A stretch of DNA of 64,000 nucleotides from Octopus vulgaris (GCA_951406725.2 OX597819.1:121272001-121336000), one strand, 5' to 3'. Positions 12,931-26,793 are shown, counted from the first letter of the stretch. Notes: generated by a model from the sequence alone, not told the origin. Made by a program: numbers and translations.

Positions 12931-13062
12931 TTACTACTACTACTAATAATAATAATAGTAAGCGGCCACGACGACCACAACGACCACGATGATCTCCAAA
13001 ACAACCACCAATACCAGCGCCACTATCACCACCATCAACAACGGCGACTGTTACTACTACTC

Positions 13063-13101
<39 letters not shown>

Positions 13102-13158
13102 TTACTACTACTACTACTACTACTACTGCTGCTGCTGCTACTATTACTACTACTACAA
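12790..13158. repeat. (CCT)n/(CTA)n compound microsatellite
   Basis: Direct reading. Confidence 0.97.
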
Positions 13159-13339
13159 CCAGGTTGATGTGTAATTAAAACTTTTAGCGATGATATTTCC
13201 TTTTTATTCGCTTATCTTCTTAGCTTTTGCAATCTGCACAATTCTTAGCTTTTGCAATCTTCAACCTCAGACATGTCTTCTGCAGATCTTCGTTTTATGA
13301 TTAGCAAAAAGTAAAGCTATGCGTTTCCACCAATCGTTA

Positions 13340-13720
13340 TTCTGGAAATTATCTTGAGAATGTATAATATATTTGTTGTAATCTTTTGTGCCCATTATTT
13401 CAATGAGCTTGTTAAACTTTTTTATATTCTCAACATACTCTTGTCACCAAAGAATGTATATTTATATGGATTATAGTACTCTGTGTCAACCAATATTCTG
13501 TGCATGTTTGAATATACAGATACAATACCAATATCAATTCCTTCTGGAAACTATCTTAAGCATGTCCTTGAGAACGATTATTTATGTAGTAATCTTTTGT
13601 GCCCAATATTTTAAGGAACTTGTTGAACTTTTTTATGTCCTTAACATGTCCCTGTTACCAAAGACTGTATATATGTAATGTAGCAATTTGTAACAACCAA
13701 TAATTAACGCAACCAAACTT
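13340..13720. repeat. Diverged ~200-bp tandem duplication
   Basis: TTCTGGAAA.TATCTT...GTAATCTTTTGTGCCCA.TATTT...ACCAAAGA.TGTATAT occurs at 13340 and again at 13542. Confidence 0.85.
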
Positions 13721-14079
13721 CTACATGTTACTTTGACAATCTTTTTCTAAAGAGTGAAACCGGTAAAGTAAATAAACATCTTTTAAATTGCATTTTCAAA
13801 CCTTCTTTCGTATATAATTCCACTCGTGCGGTACCCCACAACTCCTCTTTGTTATATATATATATATATATATATATACGTTTAAATATTTGTTGTGCAA
13901 ATTACAAGAATGTATATAACCAGAAGATACAAATATTACAGGCATCCCCCCCACACACACACTAAATAAACATAGACGCACATAGAGATATAAGCATGCG
14001 CAAATGAAGACATACAATAGAAATACAAAATGGCTGACGGTTAGTAAGGAGAGACACAAGTAAGTGAGAAGAAAACAAA

Positions 14080-14125
14080 GGACCACTGATGCGGTCACAG
14101 GAGTGTGACGAAAGAACTTTGGCCG
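14080..14125 (+). ncRNA. Minimal hammerhead-like motif (core A9>C)
   Basis: CCA-CTGATGC-G-GTCAC(AGGAGT)GTGAC-GAAA-GAAC-TT-TGG. Confidence 0.55.
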
Positions 14126-14231
14126 AAATAAGATTAAGATTAATGTAAAAAATAAATATCACTGAAGCAAAATAACACCAAATATATAGTGCGTGTGTTT
14201 TTATTGGCTAAACTGGCAATATGACCATTCC

Positions 14232-14297
<66 letters not shown>

Positions 14298-14456
14298 ATA
14301 TCCTTGTTGCTTATTTTGATATTAATCACCTTACTTTGAAAATGTATGTATAATGCCGTACTAAATTCTTGTGCCATATTCATCTGAATCCAGATATTTG
14401 CTGAACTCATCTACCATACATATATATATATAAATGCATATATATATATATATAAA

Positions 14457-14602
14457 TGTGGTAAGAAGCTTCCTTCCCAACCACATGGTTCCGGGTTCAG
14501 TCCCACTGCGTGGAACCTTGGACAAGTATCTTCTGCTATAGCCTCGGGCCGACCAAAGCATTGTGAGTGGAGTTGGTAGACGGAAACTGAAAGAAGCTCG
14601 TC

Positions 14603-14606
<4 letters not shown>
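14457..14606 (+). mobile_element. SINE family C, 5' half
   Basis: Matches 6036-6190 and ends in (TA)n. Confidence 0.88.
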
Positions 14607-14690
<84 letters not shown>

Positions 14691-15454
14691 ATGTATGTAT
14701 ATGTATATGTTATTATATATATATATATATATATATAATAAGACCGGATCGCCATGTTTGGAACGAGTCCAAAACAAGCCCTTTAGTATTGAACGCTATG
14801 AAGGCGATGTTGGTCTTCAAGGCGCACCCAGACCATATAGAGCAGAAATATTTAAAAGTGTTGAGCTGGTGTAATACACGAGGAAAGGTATTCGTACCTT
14901 TGGATTAACGCTATTCGGAGGATTCGGAGTGATGAGCTGCCTAAGGTGAAAATCAGATTTGTATATTTATTCTTTCGAATAATAGTAATGGATGACATAG
15001 ACGGATGTGAACAATAATAGTGTCAGCAGAAAGAAAATGAATGCTTAAAGAGAAGTTTGTGCACGTATGTGTTTATATGTATGTATAAGAGAAGTATGTA
15101 TACGTATGTGTTTATATGTATGTATAAGAGAAGTATGTATACGTATGTGTTTATATGTATGTATGTGTGCGCGTGTTTGTCAGTATACGTTTATATTTGA
15201 AGATATCTGAGTTTGTGCTTGATTCCGGCTAAAGATTAAATTCAAGACAGGCTAGAGATTAAAGATTAAATATTGATTAAACTTATGCGTCTATATGTCA
15301 CGGAAATAGCAGACCAACGCATGGTGTTGGATGAAATAAATGCCAGAATGAACAAAATCACCCCCAGCTGAAGATGGCATTCCAGAATGACCGTAGATAA
15401 ATGTCTGAAAGCATTAAAGGAATAAACGAGTTAAACTACTTATATATTCGTTTC

Positions 15455-15912
15455 AAATTATGGCACAAGACCAGGAATTTTGGGGAAGGGGCTAAGTCTG
15501 TTAGATCGACCTCAGTGATCAGCTTGTACTTATTATATCGACCCCGAGAGGATAAAAGATAAAGTCGACCTCGGCGGAATTTGAACTCAGAACGTTAAAA
15601 TGGACGAAATGTTGCTAAGCATTTTACTTAGCGTTCAAGTACACCTACCAGGGCGCCGCCTTAAGATGCGTACGTATTCTTTTCTATTCTAGGCACATAG
15701 CCCGAAATTCTAGGCACATAGCCCGAAATTTTGGGAGAAGGGGCCAGTCTATTAGACACCCCCAGTTCGCAACTGGTACTTAATTTATCGATCCCGAAAG
15801 AATGAAAGGCAAAATCGACCTCGGCGGAATTTGAACTCAGAACGAAAAACCGGACGAAATACTGCCAAGCATTTTATTCGGCGTGCAAACAGACCTACCA
15901 GCACGCCGCTTT
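15455..15912 (-). mobile_element. Two tandem Nin-domain SINE (family B) copies
   Basis: Two copies of TCGACCTCGGCGGAATTTGAACTCAGAACG, plus a local 22-bp duplication at about 15687-15730. Confidence 0.88.
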
Positions 15913-16620
15913 AAGGTACTTATTTACATATTGCTACATCAGTGTAATGTGCTTGCATTTGATTTAGTTTCACCTTTCAGGCTCATTTATCCATTCTATA
16001 TCTCTTCCGCGCATTCTCTCTCTCTCTGTCTCTCTCTTTCACACAGTCTTCTTTCTATCCCCCACTCTCTCACTTACTTCCTCCCTTTCAGTATATATAT
16101 TCTATATATCGTTTCCCCTCCATGTGAGGTAAACCATAGATATAGTAAGGCTAAAATCCCTTGGTGGGAAATTATCAAAAAACAGAGCTATATTGATATC
16201 TACACGCTTATCTATTTATCTACGTGCGCGTGTGTCTGTGTGTGCATGTGTGCATTTGTGTGTGTGTGGGGGCCTGTAATTTTGTGTGCATGCATACACA
16301 TATAACTATGCGAGTATATAACTATATGGTCGTAAGTGTCTACTATATATACACATATACACAAGTATTAGTACGTTTAGGTGTGTATATGTGTATATAT
16401 ACACGTGTCTGTATGTGTGTGCGTGAGAGAGAGAGAGCGAGCGTGAGAGAATGTTAATATACGTGTATATATATATATATATATATATAGGTACTGTATA
16501 CATATATATATATAAACATATCTATTTATATATATATGTATATGTACATGCATACATATATACCAACATACATATATAAATAATATATACATAAATATAT
16601 ATATGTATGTATATATATAT

Positions 16621-16752
<132 letters not shown>

Positions 16753-17149
16753 TTGTGTGTGTGTGTGTGTATGTATATATGACAATTTACCATATTTGTT
16801 CGCACTGTAAACGGAATCGAATTAGCAGAAAAAAGCTCCAGAGATTCTTAGAACGATAGTACACCTGTCAGAGTATTACTACTCTTTCATATCTCGATGT
16901 TTGTTTATGTCAGGAACTAAAAGTCTTTCTCATTTCATCTTTATTTCCAGACACATCAGTACATGGCGATTCCTCAAGACGATTACCAGCCGATTAGCTT
17001 TAACTATTATAGGTGTGTGTTTTTGTATAATTAATTGATGCGGAGTGTCATGGTGTCCGACTGGAGAAGCGGGTGGAGTTTTCGTTGAATTGGAGTGATT
17101 TTGGTGACGGACTACGATGATGCCTTTTATAAAGTTCAGCGGATTTTTG

Positions 17150-17502
17150 TCATGCATCCATTTTCTCCACCCGCTATTTTGGTCGGGTCACCGGTTCTCC
17201 TTTGTTGGGTTCTATCAGAAGTACTAGTGATCCAAATTTCTGTCTGCATTACCAAACGCGACAAATTGAGAGTATGGACATTTTCCATCCTTTTTGCTAT
17301 TGATCTACCCCTAGGGATGCTGGCTGTTGGACCGATTTGAAGAATCCGTCTTGCGATTTCTTCCTGCGCCATTCTAACCACATATCCGTAATACCGGACC
17401 TGAGGCCGCTCAATACGGAGAAGTAGCTACTGGATCTGGAGAGATTCGCTAATCTCCCAGCTATGCACCCTGTCGGGTAAATTTATTACAGAGACCCTTC
17501 GG
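17150..17502 (-). mobile_element. RTE-clade LINE 3' end
   Basis: RRVSVINLPDRVHSWEISESLQIQ*LLLRIERPQVRYYGYVVRMAQEEIARRIL...PRGR resembles the RTE/Expander C-terminus. Confidence 0.82.
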
Positions 17503-17508
17503 ATTTTA

Positions 17509-17827
17509 AGGCAGCGAGCTGGCAGAAACGTTAGCACGCCGGGCGAAATTCGTAGCCGTATTTCGTCTGCCGTTACGTTCTGAGTTCAAATGCCGCCGAG
17601 GTCGACTTTGCCTTTCATCCTTTCGGGGTCGATAAATTAAGTACCAGTTACGCACTGGGGTCGATATAATCGACTTAATCCGTTTGTCTGTCCTTGTTTG
17701 TCCTCTCTGTGTGTAGCCCCTTGTGGGTAGTAAAGAAATAGGTATTTCGTTTGTCTTTATGTTCTGAGTTCGCTTGGCGTACTAACGTTTCTGCCAGCTC
17801 GCTGTCTCATCTGCCAGCTCGCCGCCC
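17509..17827 (+). mobile_element. Nin-domain SINE (family B) followed by inverted copies of its own 5' end
   Basis: GCAGCGAGCTGGCAGAAACGTTAG at 17511 reappears reverse-complemented at about 17772-17805 and, in part, again at 17810-17827. Confidence 0.88.
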
Positions 17828-17893
17828 TCGAGTATAATAACAACGAGTATAATAACATCGTGGGATAATTATATATCGAGCTGTATTCATATG

Positions 17894-17991
17894 CATAGGG
17901 TGGACCAGAAATTACGATATCTCACAGCGTATTGCGATCTCGGGGGCATAATCTGGTGGCTTCGGCTGTGACTTTTGGTCCACCTTTTGTA
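17894..17991. mobile_element. Small Tc1/mariner-type MITE
   Basis: Imperfect TIRs AGGGTGGACCAGAAATTAC / GTGACTTTTGGTCCACCTT. Confidence 0.6.
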
Positions 17992-18471
17992 TACGCTTAC
18001 TTTAACATTAATCTCGGAATTTTGATAAGGTGTGATAAGGTAATCACAATGAGCTATAATGAATTAAATTTGTTCTTTCGATTTCATCACAAGCTGCCGA
18101 GAATCTCGTTACGGATCTACTTAGCAAATTTAAATGTGTGTCAATATCTGTATAAGTTTATTTATTTATATCCTACATTGTATCGTTACTTTGGTGCCTT
18201 GTACCAATAATGGAAACGAATTGTGCCTCACACAGTTTTGTCTGAATAAATAAAATATCCGCCCTTTCTTCCCTATATCCTTTGGAGATGATTCTTTTAT
18301 CAAATTTTACCGCAATTTTTCGCGGATTGATCTCTCGCAAAAATGCATTCTACATGGATCCATCAATTCACCTTAAAATTATTGCTTTGTGATTAAACTG
18401 GAAGCGATTGCAACTATTCAGCCTCGTTGCTGGAATAACGACCCCACCTTCGTATGATATATCTTATGATG

Positions 18472-18837
18472 AACAAGAGCACTCAGACGGCGCAAACCTC
18501 CGCCCAGGCGACACCAACGTCCCCTCAACGATTAGGCAGAGATACTTTTTAAAATGAGAATATCTGAAACATAATCAACTGCTCTCACAAACGAGAATAC
18601 TAAAAATGAACCCAACCGCTCTCAATAAATTAAATAAAAAATTAAAACAAACAGGAAAAATAATCCAGAATCCTTGCCCGGTACTGGATCGATCGCAAAA
18701 TCTAATCAGTTCGTGCCAGTCACGAGGCCAAACATCTCTGAAAGTTTCAGCTAAATCCATCGCGCGGTTCTTGAGAAACAAGCAAACAAACACAACTGAA
18801 AACAATAACTCCGCCTTAGCGAAGGCAGATGTAATAA
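18472..18837. mobile_element. Non-autonomous Helentron-associated element (HINE/DINE-1-like)
   Basis: One end is AACAAGAGCACTCAGA..GCGCAAACCTCCGCC. The other has (AAAC)n and the hairpin CTCCGCCTTAGCGAAGGCAGATGTAATAA. Internal AAATCTAATCAGTTC and AAGTTTCAGCTAAATCC blocks are typical of HINEs. Confidence 0.72.
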
Positions 18838-18949
18838 ATTCATTATTACATTAGCTCTTTTGTATTTTATAAAAAGCATTGTCCTGGAAATCGACGTAGG
18901 TTAAGAATGTTGCCGTTTTAGTTTTAAACATCCATACATTCTGCTAGTA

Positions 18950-19475
18950 TCAGTTGTTGGACTACGGCCATGCTACAACCTTGAATGAATCGAAATTAGT
19001 AATTAGTTTTGTTGTCAACTGGTGGAGGAGACAAACAAAAAGACACACATATATGCAAGGCTTCTTTTAGTTTCCCGTTACTAAATCTACTATAGTAAAA
19101 GACACTTACCCAAGTTGCTACGCAAGTGCCACACAGGTTTCACGCGGCCAACTGGCAGAAGCGTTAGCACGCCGGGCGAAATGCTTTGCAGTATTTCGTC
19201 TGCCGCTACGTTGTGAGTTCAAATTCCGCCGAGGTCGACTTTGCTTTTCATCCTTTCGGGGTCTATAAATTAAGCACCAGTTACACACTAGGGTCGATGT
19301 AATCGACTTAATACCTATGTCTGTCCTTGTTTGTCCCCCCTATGTTTGGCCCCTTGTGGGCAATAAAGAAATAGGTTTCACGCAGGTGTCACGCAGGTGC
19401 CACGGAGGTGCCACGGAGGCTCCATGCAGCACGCAGTGTGACTGAATCCGGAGGTATGTGGTTGGGAAGAAAGCC
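18950..19475 (-). mobile_element. Degenerate SINE family C, interrupted by a family B SINE
   Basis: GGCCATGCT...GCTTCTTTTAGTTTCC...AAGACACTTACCCAAG...CACGCAGTGTGACTGAATCC...GTGGTTGG. Confidence 0.65.
19146..19372 (+). mobile_element. Nin-domain SINE (family B) with 11-bp TSD
   Basis: Flanked by AGGTTTCACGC at 19135-19145 and 19373-19383. Confidence 0.9.
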
Positions 19476-19649
19476 AGTGCCTGTATATTTTCGTTTTCTG
19501 TAAATATATATAAGTAAAGTGTCATTATTTAGTCTCGCGTTTGTTTTCAGCTTTTAAGTTCTTCTTCAAAACCGTTGCAGCTGTCTTTTTATAAAATTTA
19601 TCTTCTTTTTATTAAAAAAGACTTTTCTCGTCTATTTATTAAAATTTGA

Positions 19650-20041
19650 ATACATTGTATCAGGGTTCATCAAAGACTGGGACTACGGGTCATACGTCCC
19701 CTGAACAATTTAAAATCACAACATACAGGTACACTGCAACACAATTTCTTTTTCCTGAACAGGCCCTGCTCTGTTTAACATTGTCTCAAAACTGATCAAA
19801 GAGGAAAAGGATCCCATCACCTTTAAACGGAATTTGGACAAATTTCTTCAAGGAATACTAGATAAGCCACCTATACCTGGTTACAACGCACTCCACAAGA
19901 ACTCCCTTCTTGAATGGACCATGATACCACAAAACTTGACTTAAAAAGGATTTAGATAATACTATCAGGTGGTAGTATTAAGTTAGACATAGCCTGAAAT
20001 AATCTTTGGTCGAAATATATCTAAGTTTATCTAAGTTTAAG

Positions 20042-20045
<4 letters not shown>
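19650..20045 (+). mobile_element. CR1-like LINE 3' end
   Basis: TLQHNFFS*TGPALFNIVSKLIKEEKDPITFKRNLDKFLQGILDKPPIPGY...NSLLEW, ending in a short ATCTAAGTTT tandem tail. Confidence 0.75.
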
Positions 20046-20122
<77 letters not shown>

Positions 20123-20516
20123 GCACAACTTATAAGCAAGGGCAAAAGAAAATTTATTTCTATACCAATATGCTGAGAACAGACTTTAAATCGTCAATTT
20201 CCACATTTAATTTTACAATCACTATAAAAACACGTTCTGCTGAAATCGAGGAATGCTAGCTAACAGAATTTTTTTAAAAGTTCGTTATTTCTCGTATATT
20301 GAATCAATTTCGGGATGAATCCTATGGATTCATCCCTCTATAATAGTGTGTATACACACACACACACACACACATATATTTACCACTTTGAAATTGATGC
20401 TGATATTAAGCTCCTGCATCAGGTTAAAAGAATTCCGTTCACACACACCCGCACATAGCTGTGTGTGTATGTATGGACACGCATGGACGTACCCACAAAT
20501 GCAGATATATATACGT

Positions 20517-20552
<36 letters not shown>

Positions 20553-20906
20553 GTCCGTGTGTGAGTCTGTGTGGGTGCTGAGTGTATAATTGTGTGTGTG
20601 TGTGTGTATTTGTGCGTGTGCGTGTTTACGAACCTGTTTGCACTCCTTAAGATGACACCGCAAATAAAATTAACACCTTCAGACTGAAATAATTAAGAAA
20701 AAAATCATTAAATAATAGAAATTTGTTTTATGTACTTTCCTAATTGCATTCTTCCTCCCCCCTTTTAATTGTAAGAAATATCTTCTGTGAAACTTGCTGG
20801 TTTTGTTATCATCATAATCGTCATAATCCTGATCATGACAATCATCATCGTCACCACCATCATCGCTATGTACACCCTCCGCCTCCTCCTCCACTTCTTC
20901 TTCTTC

Positions 20907-20907
<1 letters not shown>

Positions 20908-20944
<37 letters not shown>

Positions 20945-20954
20945 GTTATTATTA

Positions 20955-21024
<70 letters not shown>

Positions 21025-21027
21025 TCC

Positions 21028-21069
<42 letters not shown>

Positions 21070-21124
21070 CGTCATCATCATCATCATCATCATCATTATT
21101 ATTATTATTATTATCATCATCATT

Positions 21125-21195
<71 letters not shown>
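20908..21195. repeat. (ATT)n/(CAT)n microsatellite
   Basis: Direct reading. Confidence 0.98.
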
Positions 21196-21580
21196 GTTGG
21201 CATTTTCTGTTTTTATACTAATGTTTATTTGTTTATTTTGCTTTTTGTAAGTTTCATTTCTTTTTTTTCAATTTGTAAATTTAATTTTCAAATTAGTTTT
21301 CTTCTTAAAGAAATTTTCCAGTTCTTATCTTATCGGCGTCTGTGTGTGTGTGTGTCTATGTATCAGTACATCTGTCCTTCTGCATGTATGCGTGTATATG
21401 ATTACATATTTGTGTGTATAGAGTCGTATATATGTGTGCAAATGCGTGCATCTAAATCTACTCCTTGTAGTTCTGTGTGCATTTGATGGGTTGGATGGGT
21501 ATGTTTACACATACAAATATATTAAGATGCTAATCGGTATATGTGTTTTTCATTCGCACACTTTATTTGTGAATACTCTT

Positions 21581-21636
<56 letters not shown>

Positions 21637-21670
21637 GCGTGCGTCCGTGTTTGTGTCTGTCATTTGTACG

Positions 21671-21770
21671 NNNNNNNNNNNNNNNNNNNNNNNNNNNNNN
21701 NNNNNNNNNNNNNNNNNNNNNNNNNNNNNNNNNNNNNNNNNNNNNNNNNNNNNNNNNNNNNNNNNNNNNN
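21671..21770. other. Assembly gap (100 N)
   Basis: Run of N. Confidence 1.
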
Positions 21771-22319
21771 CATGTACGGCTATGTATACGTGCATGCCGT
21801 GATTCAGTCATTATACCCTTAAGCTGTACAATCCTGAAGCAAGGTAGATCAGCCGCCAATCAGTCCAAGTTAAGATAACTGGATAACAATCAAGACAAAG
21901 TAACTGAACGCAATGATTTCGCCATATTTGTTATATTTATTTCCTCTTCCAAATATCTTAACAAATCTATTCGCCGTTCGAACGTCATTTTACGCGGCGG
22001 CCATTTTGTTTTATATTTTCTGATTCTGTTTTCAATCGTAGTTCACAATTCAAACATCTTTTTAATGTATTTTTTTTCCCAATATTTAATATTTTGCTTA
22101 TGTATTTTTAAATAAATATCTTTTATTTATTTAATAGTTTATGAGAGTAGTTTTCACCGTATTTTTTAATATCTAGAAATGTACTTATATATTATTTTAA
22201 AATATGTCTGTACTTGTTTATTTACTTAATGTACTATGTGTGTGTACGTTGGAATTTTTGGTTGTTTTCAGTTTTTGAGGGTTTTTTTCTTATGTTTTCG
22301 AGAGGTGAAGTGTGAAGTA

Positions 22320-22675
22320 TGAAGAGGAAATGATTTATAGAAAGAAGGAAAGTAAGGACTGAAAGAAAACGGAAGAAAGGAAGAGTGAATGAAATTAAGA
22401 GGACAAAAGAAAGGGAAGAACGAAATAAAAGAGAGAAATGGTGAAGAACGAAAATAAGAAAAGAAGCAAGTGAGAAAGGAAGAAAGAAAGAAAGAAAAAA
22501 GAAAAGCTGCAAAGAAAAATGGGAGGAAGGAAAGAAGAAAGGAAGGGAGAAAGAAAGAAATAAAATAAGGATAAAGGAAGAAAAGTGAAAAATGACTGAA
22601 GACTGCTAGAAATGAAAGAGAGAAGAAAGAAAGAAAGGAAGAAAGAAAGAGAGAAAGGAAGGAAGAAAGAAAGAT

Positions 22676-22710
<35 letters not shown>

Positions 22711-22783
22711 AGGAAAGGTAGAAAGAAAGAAAGAAAGAAAGAAGGAAAGAAGGAAAAGAAGAAAGACAGAAAGAAAGAAAGAT

Positions 22784-22834
<51 letters not shown>

Positions 22835-23100
22835 ACGAAGGAAAGATAGTGAATGAAAGAAAGAAACAAATAAACAAAGGATAAGATTGAGTTAGTGAAT
22901 GAAAGAAAGAAACAAACGAACAAAGGAAGACAGAAAATGAAAGTAAAAAGCCAACGAATGCAGAAGATAGAAAAGAGAACAAAAGAATAAGAGAATGAAA
23001 AAAATTAAGAGAATGAGTAAATAAATAACAAAAACAAACCAATGAACTGTAAACAAAAACGTAGAAGAAAATAGAATGAAATAGAAAGAGATTAACAACA
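22320..23100. repeat. (GAAA)n purine-rich low-complexity tract
   Basis: Direct reading. Confidence 0.95.
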
Positions 23101-23424
23101 AAAATAATTGAAGCAACGATACGCAAGAATGATTGCGATTACGAAATTTGTTTTGAAGCTTCGTGGTTTTGGGAACCGTGTCATTGCGCAGCACCTTCGG
23201 CAAATGTCTTCTATTATAGCCCTGGGCCAACTGGTGCCTTGTGAGGTGATTTCGGTTGACGGAAAAAGTGGAAGCTCATTGTATATAAGTACGTATGTAT
23301 GTACGAATGTATGCATGTATGTATGTATGTATGTATGTATGTATGTATGTATGTATGTATGTATGTATGTATGTATGTATGTATGTGTGTGTGTGTGTGT
23401 ATGTATGTATTATGTATGTATACT

Positions 23425-23613
23425 CTTTGCTCTTTTAATTGTTTCAGTCATTTGACTGTGGCCATGCTGGAGCACCGCCTTTAGTCGAGCAAATCGACCC
23501 CAGGACGTATTCTATCGGTTTCTTCTGCCGAACCGCTAAGTTACGGGGACGTAAACACACCAGCATCGGTTGTCAAGCGATGTTTCGGGGACAAACACAG
23601 ACACAGACACAGA

Positions 23614-23660
<47 letters not shown>

Positions 23661-23815
23661 TTATATATACATATATACGACGGGCTTCTTTCAGTTTCCG
23701 TCTACCAAATCTACTCTCAATGCTTTGGTCGGCCCGAGGCTATAGTAGAAGACACTTGCCCTAGGTGCCACGCAGTGGGACTGAACCCGAAACCATGTGG
23801 TTCGTAAGCAAGCTG
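23425..23815 (-). mobile_element. SINE family C, full length
   Basis: Reverse complement of 6036-6425. Older fragments lie at about 23140-23280 (+) and 24040-24220 (+). Confidence 0.92.
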
Positions 23816-24479
23816 TGTGAATGTATGTATGTGTATGAATGTATATGTCGTTGTGTGTGTGTATGTCGCCACCACAACCACCACTACTAGCACCACAACC
23901 AAAACTACCACTACTAACATCACAATTACCACCACTACTACTACAACCAACACCACCACTACCACCAGCACTACTCCTACCACCACTACTACTAATACCA
24001 CCAACAACCACCACCTTCACTATTGCCGCCACCACAACTTGACAGACTGGTATTGATTTGTTTATGTTCTGATATCATAGCAGTTCGACAATGAAGAGTG
24101 ATAGAATAAGAAACATCCTTTAGAAAAGATAATGAGTGCTGGAGTCGATTTGCTGGATTAAACGCTTGAACGAGATGCTCCAGCATGGCCACAATCCTAT
24201 AACTGAAACAAGTAAAATATAAAGAAAAATACGAAAAAAATATAGCAAAAATTGGAAATTGGAAGATTGGAAAATATACAGACACACAGACAGACAGAAA
24301 TTCGACAGTCAGGCAGACAGGCAGACGGGGACTAACAGAAAAGGGGAAGGTAAGGAGGAGGAGGAGGAGGAGGAGGAGAGAGAAAGGGAAAAAGTTAATC
24401 TGAGAGGGTAAGTGAAAAAGAAAATGATAAAGAGAAGGAGAGTGAGAAAGTGAGAGTGACCTGAAAGAAAAAGGGAAGA

Positions 24480-24662
24480 GAAAGGGAGCGAGTGATGAGA
24501 GAGAGGGAGAGTTAATCAGAGAGTTAGAGATAGTAACAGTGAAACGCAAAATGATAAAGAGGGAGATAGAGAGATAGAGAGAAAGAGAGAGAGAGAGAAA
24601 AAAGGAAGAAAGAGAGAGAGAGAGAGAAAGGGAAAGAGAGAGACGTGAGTGACGAGAGAGAG

Positions 24663-24693
<31 letters not shown>

Positions 24694-24960
24694 GGAGAAT
24701 TAATCAGAGAGTCAGAGAAGGTAACAGTGAAACGCAAGGTGATAGAGGGAGAGAGAGAAAGAAAGAGCGAGAGAAAGAGAGAGAGAGAGTTAGAAAGAGA
24801 GAGAGTAGAGAGAGGGAGAAAAGGAGAAGAAAGAGAGAGAGAGAGAAAGGGAAAGAGTGGGAGCTGAGTGACGAGAGAGAGAAATGGAAAAGAGAGAGAA
24901 ATAGAGATAAATAAAGAGAGAGAGAGAGAAAGAGAGTGAGTCACAAAGCGAAAAAGGAAA
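24480..24960. repeat. GA-rich tract with cryptic ~190-bp duplication
   Basis: TTAATCAGAGAGT.AGAGA..GTAACAGTGAAACGCAA occurs twice and GAGTGACGAGAGAGAGAAATGGAA occurs twice. Confidence 0.8.
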
Positions 24961-25560
24961 GAGAAAGGGAGAGAGTGATGGGAGAGGGAGAAAGGGAAAA
25001 GAATGAGAGAGAGAGTAAGGAAGGAGAGAGTGAACGACGCGCTGGTGGTTTATAGACAAAGACTAAACAGAAAAGAGAAGAAAAAAATCAAAGAGAATGG
25101 AAGAAGAGGGGTGAAAGTCATGCAAGGAAAGGAATAAGAAGAAAAGAGTGAGAGAGAGAGGGGGAGTGAGAGAGGGACAGAGAGACAGAGAGGGTGAAGG
25201 AAAGAAGGAGAAAGATAAGAAAATAGCAGCTAGACGAAATAAAAGAGTAAGAGCGTATGAAAGAAATGTGAGTGTGCCAGATAAGACATAAGACAGATAA
25301 GGATATTAGATAAATTATTCGCGTGCGTGTGTGTGTGTGTGTGTGTGTGATTATATATGGTGTGTGTGTGTGAGAGTGAGAGAGAGAGTGTGTGTGTGTG
25401 TGTGTCTGTTTGCGTGTGTGTTTGTGTGTGGCCCAATATGCAGATTGTCAGAGTTGTTATTGACAGTGAGATAAATTTACAAAGATAATCACAACGAGAA
25501 TTCGAACAAAATCTATTGATGGTTAAAGAGGCTGTGTGGAGGACAGGCAGTGTATTCTAT

Positions 25561-25647
<87 letters not shown>

Positions 25648-26004
25648 TTTGTTGTCGTTCCTGTGCTCATGTTAACTGTCGTTGGTGTCTAGCTCCCAGG
25701 TCAGCCATACTTAAATAGACCTATGCTATTAAAACAAAAAGGGCGTTCTGTCTGTGACCCTCCTGTTTATTTTCCCTTCAAGCTTATCCAGCATGGCCTC
25801 TCTTTCTCAACTCCTTTGTTCCTCTCCTTCTAACACGGTTTGAGAGTAATTGGTTATTTCGCCCAGATCGAAGAACAACTTAGACACTCTGCTGACAGTT
25901 TGAGCCTGATAAAACACAGTTCTATATTTAAGAGATGAGGAATTATGGACATTATTTACATTATTTACATTTGACGGATATTTGTCCTCATCTTGTTTGT
26001 TGTT

Positions 26005-26050
26005 AACACAACGTTTCGGCTGTTATACCCTCCAGCCTTCATCAGGTGTC
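26005..26050 (-). ncRNA. Minimal type I hammerhead ribozyme motif
   Basis: GACAC-CTGATGA-A-GGCTG(GAGGGTATAA)CAGCC-GAAA-CG-TT-GTGTT. Stem I is GACAC/GTGTT and stem III is the palindrome AACGTT. Confidence 0.8.
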
Positions 26051-26259
26051 TTGGGGAAATTTCGAACCTGAGTTCTCATTCCTAAGGTATTTTTTAATGT
26101 TGTTGTTGTTGTTGTTGTTGTTATTATTATCATTATTATTCAGGCCACTGCTTGGAATCGAACTCGTAATCTTGGAGTTAGTAGCCCGGTGCCATATGCC
26201 ATAATAATAACATCGAAAAATACCTTAGGAATGAGAATCCAGGTTCGAAATTTCCCCAA

Positions 26260-26305
26260 GGCACCTGATGAAGGCTGGAGGGTATATCAGCCGAAACTTT
26301 GAGTT
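26260..26305 (+). ncRNA. Minimal hammerhead motif, second (mutated) copy
   Basis: GGCAC-CTGATGA-A-GGCTG(GAGGGTATAT)CAGCC-GAAA-CTTT-GAGTT. Confidence 0.65.
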
Positions 26306-26580
26306 AACAACAAACGAGATGAGGACAAATATCCATCAAATGTAAATAATGTAAGCCTGATAAAGTTGCTTGTTTTAATGCGTCGTAGAGAGTGGAAAAT
26401 TCTAGCTATCACAGCAAGGTCCTTGTTAGTTGTACTCCTTATTTACTCTTCTCCCAGTCTATCGTCACCCGTATTGCGTTCATCTCTACACTTCACCCTA
26501 ACAACTACACTTAGTTCTTCACAAGGATGTTAGGTATCTAGAATTAATTTCCTGTTGAGACTAGATGTTCATTTTGCGAA

Positions 26581-26712
26581 GGCGCGTGGCTTAGTACTTT
26601 TCCAGTGGTGTTCTCTGTCTATTATTTTAACTTCATCCCACGGGAATATGGCGTAGTGGTTAAGAGTGCGGGCTACTAACCTCAAGATTCCGAGTTCGAT
26701 TCCAGGCAGTGA

Positions 26713-26793
<81 letters not shown>

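Larger units (their letters stand above)
25903..26364. mobile_element. tRNA-headed, hammerhead-bearing non-autonomous element with inverted duplication and 11-bp TSD
   Basis: TSD AGCCTGATAAA at 25903-25913 and 26354-26364. Inverted arms at about 25956-26105 and 26203-26353. A partial tRNA-like head lies on the minus strand at 26139-26200. Confidence 0.85.

Noticed and set aside
14928-14962. GTGATGAG...GAAA hammerhead-like string; likewise CTGA hits near 2013, 35596, 46155 and 57938
   Set aside because: The core, stem II or closing stem I is missing, so these are compatible with chance.
26641-26716. Genuine tRNA gene (apparent ACT anticodon); likewise the heads at 1417 and 59488
   Set aside because: The acceptor and arm pairing is poor, there is no oligo-T terminator, and each is fused to a repeat body. 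They are SINE heads.
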